Shown here in pieces: positions 63,231 through 64,000 of a stretch of 64,000 nucleotides of DNA. The first letter of the stretch is position 1; every line of letters begins with the position of its first letter. Origin of the DNA: Octopus sinensis (taxonomy: Eukaryota); contig NC_042999.1 of the NCBI RefSeq assembly GCF_006345805.1, positions 129,952,001 through 130,016,000 of the forward strand, in the 5' to 3' direction. The position numbers and the translations under genes were made by a program. Under the pieces are notes generated by a model. The model had not been told where the DNA came from, did no database searches, and saw only the letters and a program-made list of their open reading frames with translations.

Positions 63231-63832
63231 TTATTTCTTTATTGCCCACTAGGGGCTAAACATAGAGGGGACACACAAGGACAGACAAAGGGATTAAGTC
63301 GATTACATCGACCCCAGTGCAAAACTGGTACTTAATTTATCGACCCCCGAAAGGATGAAAGGTAAAGTCGACCTCGGTGGAATTTGAACTAGGAAAGTAA
63401 AGACAGATGAAATACCTATTTCTTTACTACCTACAAGGGGCTAAACACAAAGAGGACAAACAAAGACAGACAAATGGATTAAGTCGATTATATCGACCCC
63501 AGTGCGTAACTGGTTCTTATTTAATCGACCCCGAAAGGATGAAAGGCAAAGTCGACCTCGGTGGAATTTGAACTCAGAACGTAGCGGCAGACGAAATACC
63601 TATTTCTTTACTACCCACAAGGGGCTAAACACAGAGAGGACAAATAAGGACATACAAACGGATTAAGTCGATTATATCAACCCCAGTGCGTAATTGGTAC
63701 TTATTTAATCGACCCCGAAAGGATGAAAGGCAAAGTCGACCTCGGCGGAATTTGAACTCAGAACGTAACAGCAGACGAAATACGGCTACGCAATTCGCCC
63801 GGCGTGCTAACGTTTCTGCCAGCTCACCGCCT
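63231..63832 (-). mobile_element. Second tRNA-derived SINE family, one head plus three tandem ~185-bp bodies
   Basis: GGCGGTGAGCTGGCAGAA head, GAGTTCAAATTCC B box, CATCCTTTCGGGGTCGAT..AAGTACC central block repeated three times. Confidence 0.9.
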
Positions 63833-63936
63833 TTCTGCCCACACCTACGCGTTTTCGTCATTTTTTTTTTATATTGATTAGGCTAGGCTTCAAACAAATT
63901 TGTTTAGTAAAATGCTCTACCACGGCGCTTACTCAC

Positions 63937-63981
63937 TTGTCATTGATATCCTTGGTGAATTTCATAATCATTTCCTTGTTT
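63937..63981 (-). other. Candidate 45-nt exon of an unidentified minus-strand transcript
   Basis: TACTTTCAG acceptor, GTGAGTAAG donor, one open frame (NKEMIMKFTKDIND); no homology recognised. Confidence 0.35.
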
Positions 63982-64000
63982 CTGAAAGTACATTCATGTT

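Overview
AT-rich, repeat-dense animal genomic DNA. The SINE/RTE repertoire and microsatellites point to a coleoid cephalopod, most likely Octopus (inference). The main feature is a minus-strand ANKRD27/VARP orthologue (VPS9 domain, two ankyrin blocks, two CHPLCxCxxC zinc motifs). I traced it by hand through 24 phase-consistent GT-AG coding exons, from ATG 42049 to TAA 1691 (2859 nt, 952 aa). A probable non-coding first exon lies near 47341 and a 3'UTR exon starts at 235. The best new observation is an in-frame 30-nt microexon (11371-11400, SLKELLSQGY) with a neural-microexon-like cis-signature, directly after the second zinc motif. There is also an alternative-donor switch that would change the C-terminus, and a candidate poison/cassette exon. 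Mobile DNA includes a full-length DD37E (TRT-type) Tc1 element with one frameshift, a young 5'-truncated CR1-group LINE with one nonsense codon, and many RTE LINE pieces and 3' tails. Also present are two tRNA-derived SINE families, TTAA MITEs, and decayed mariner, Helitron/Helentron, Chapaev3-like and R4/Dong-like relics. Many repeats form inverted pairs inside the pre-mRNA. No CRISPR array, rRNA or genuine tRNA gene was seen. All coordinates were read manually; repeat edges are approximate.
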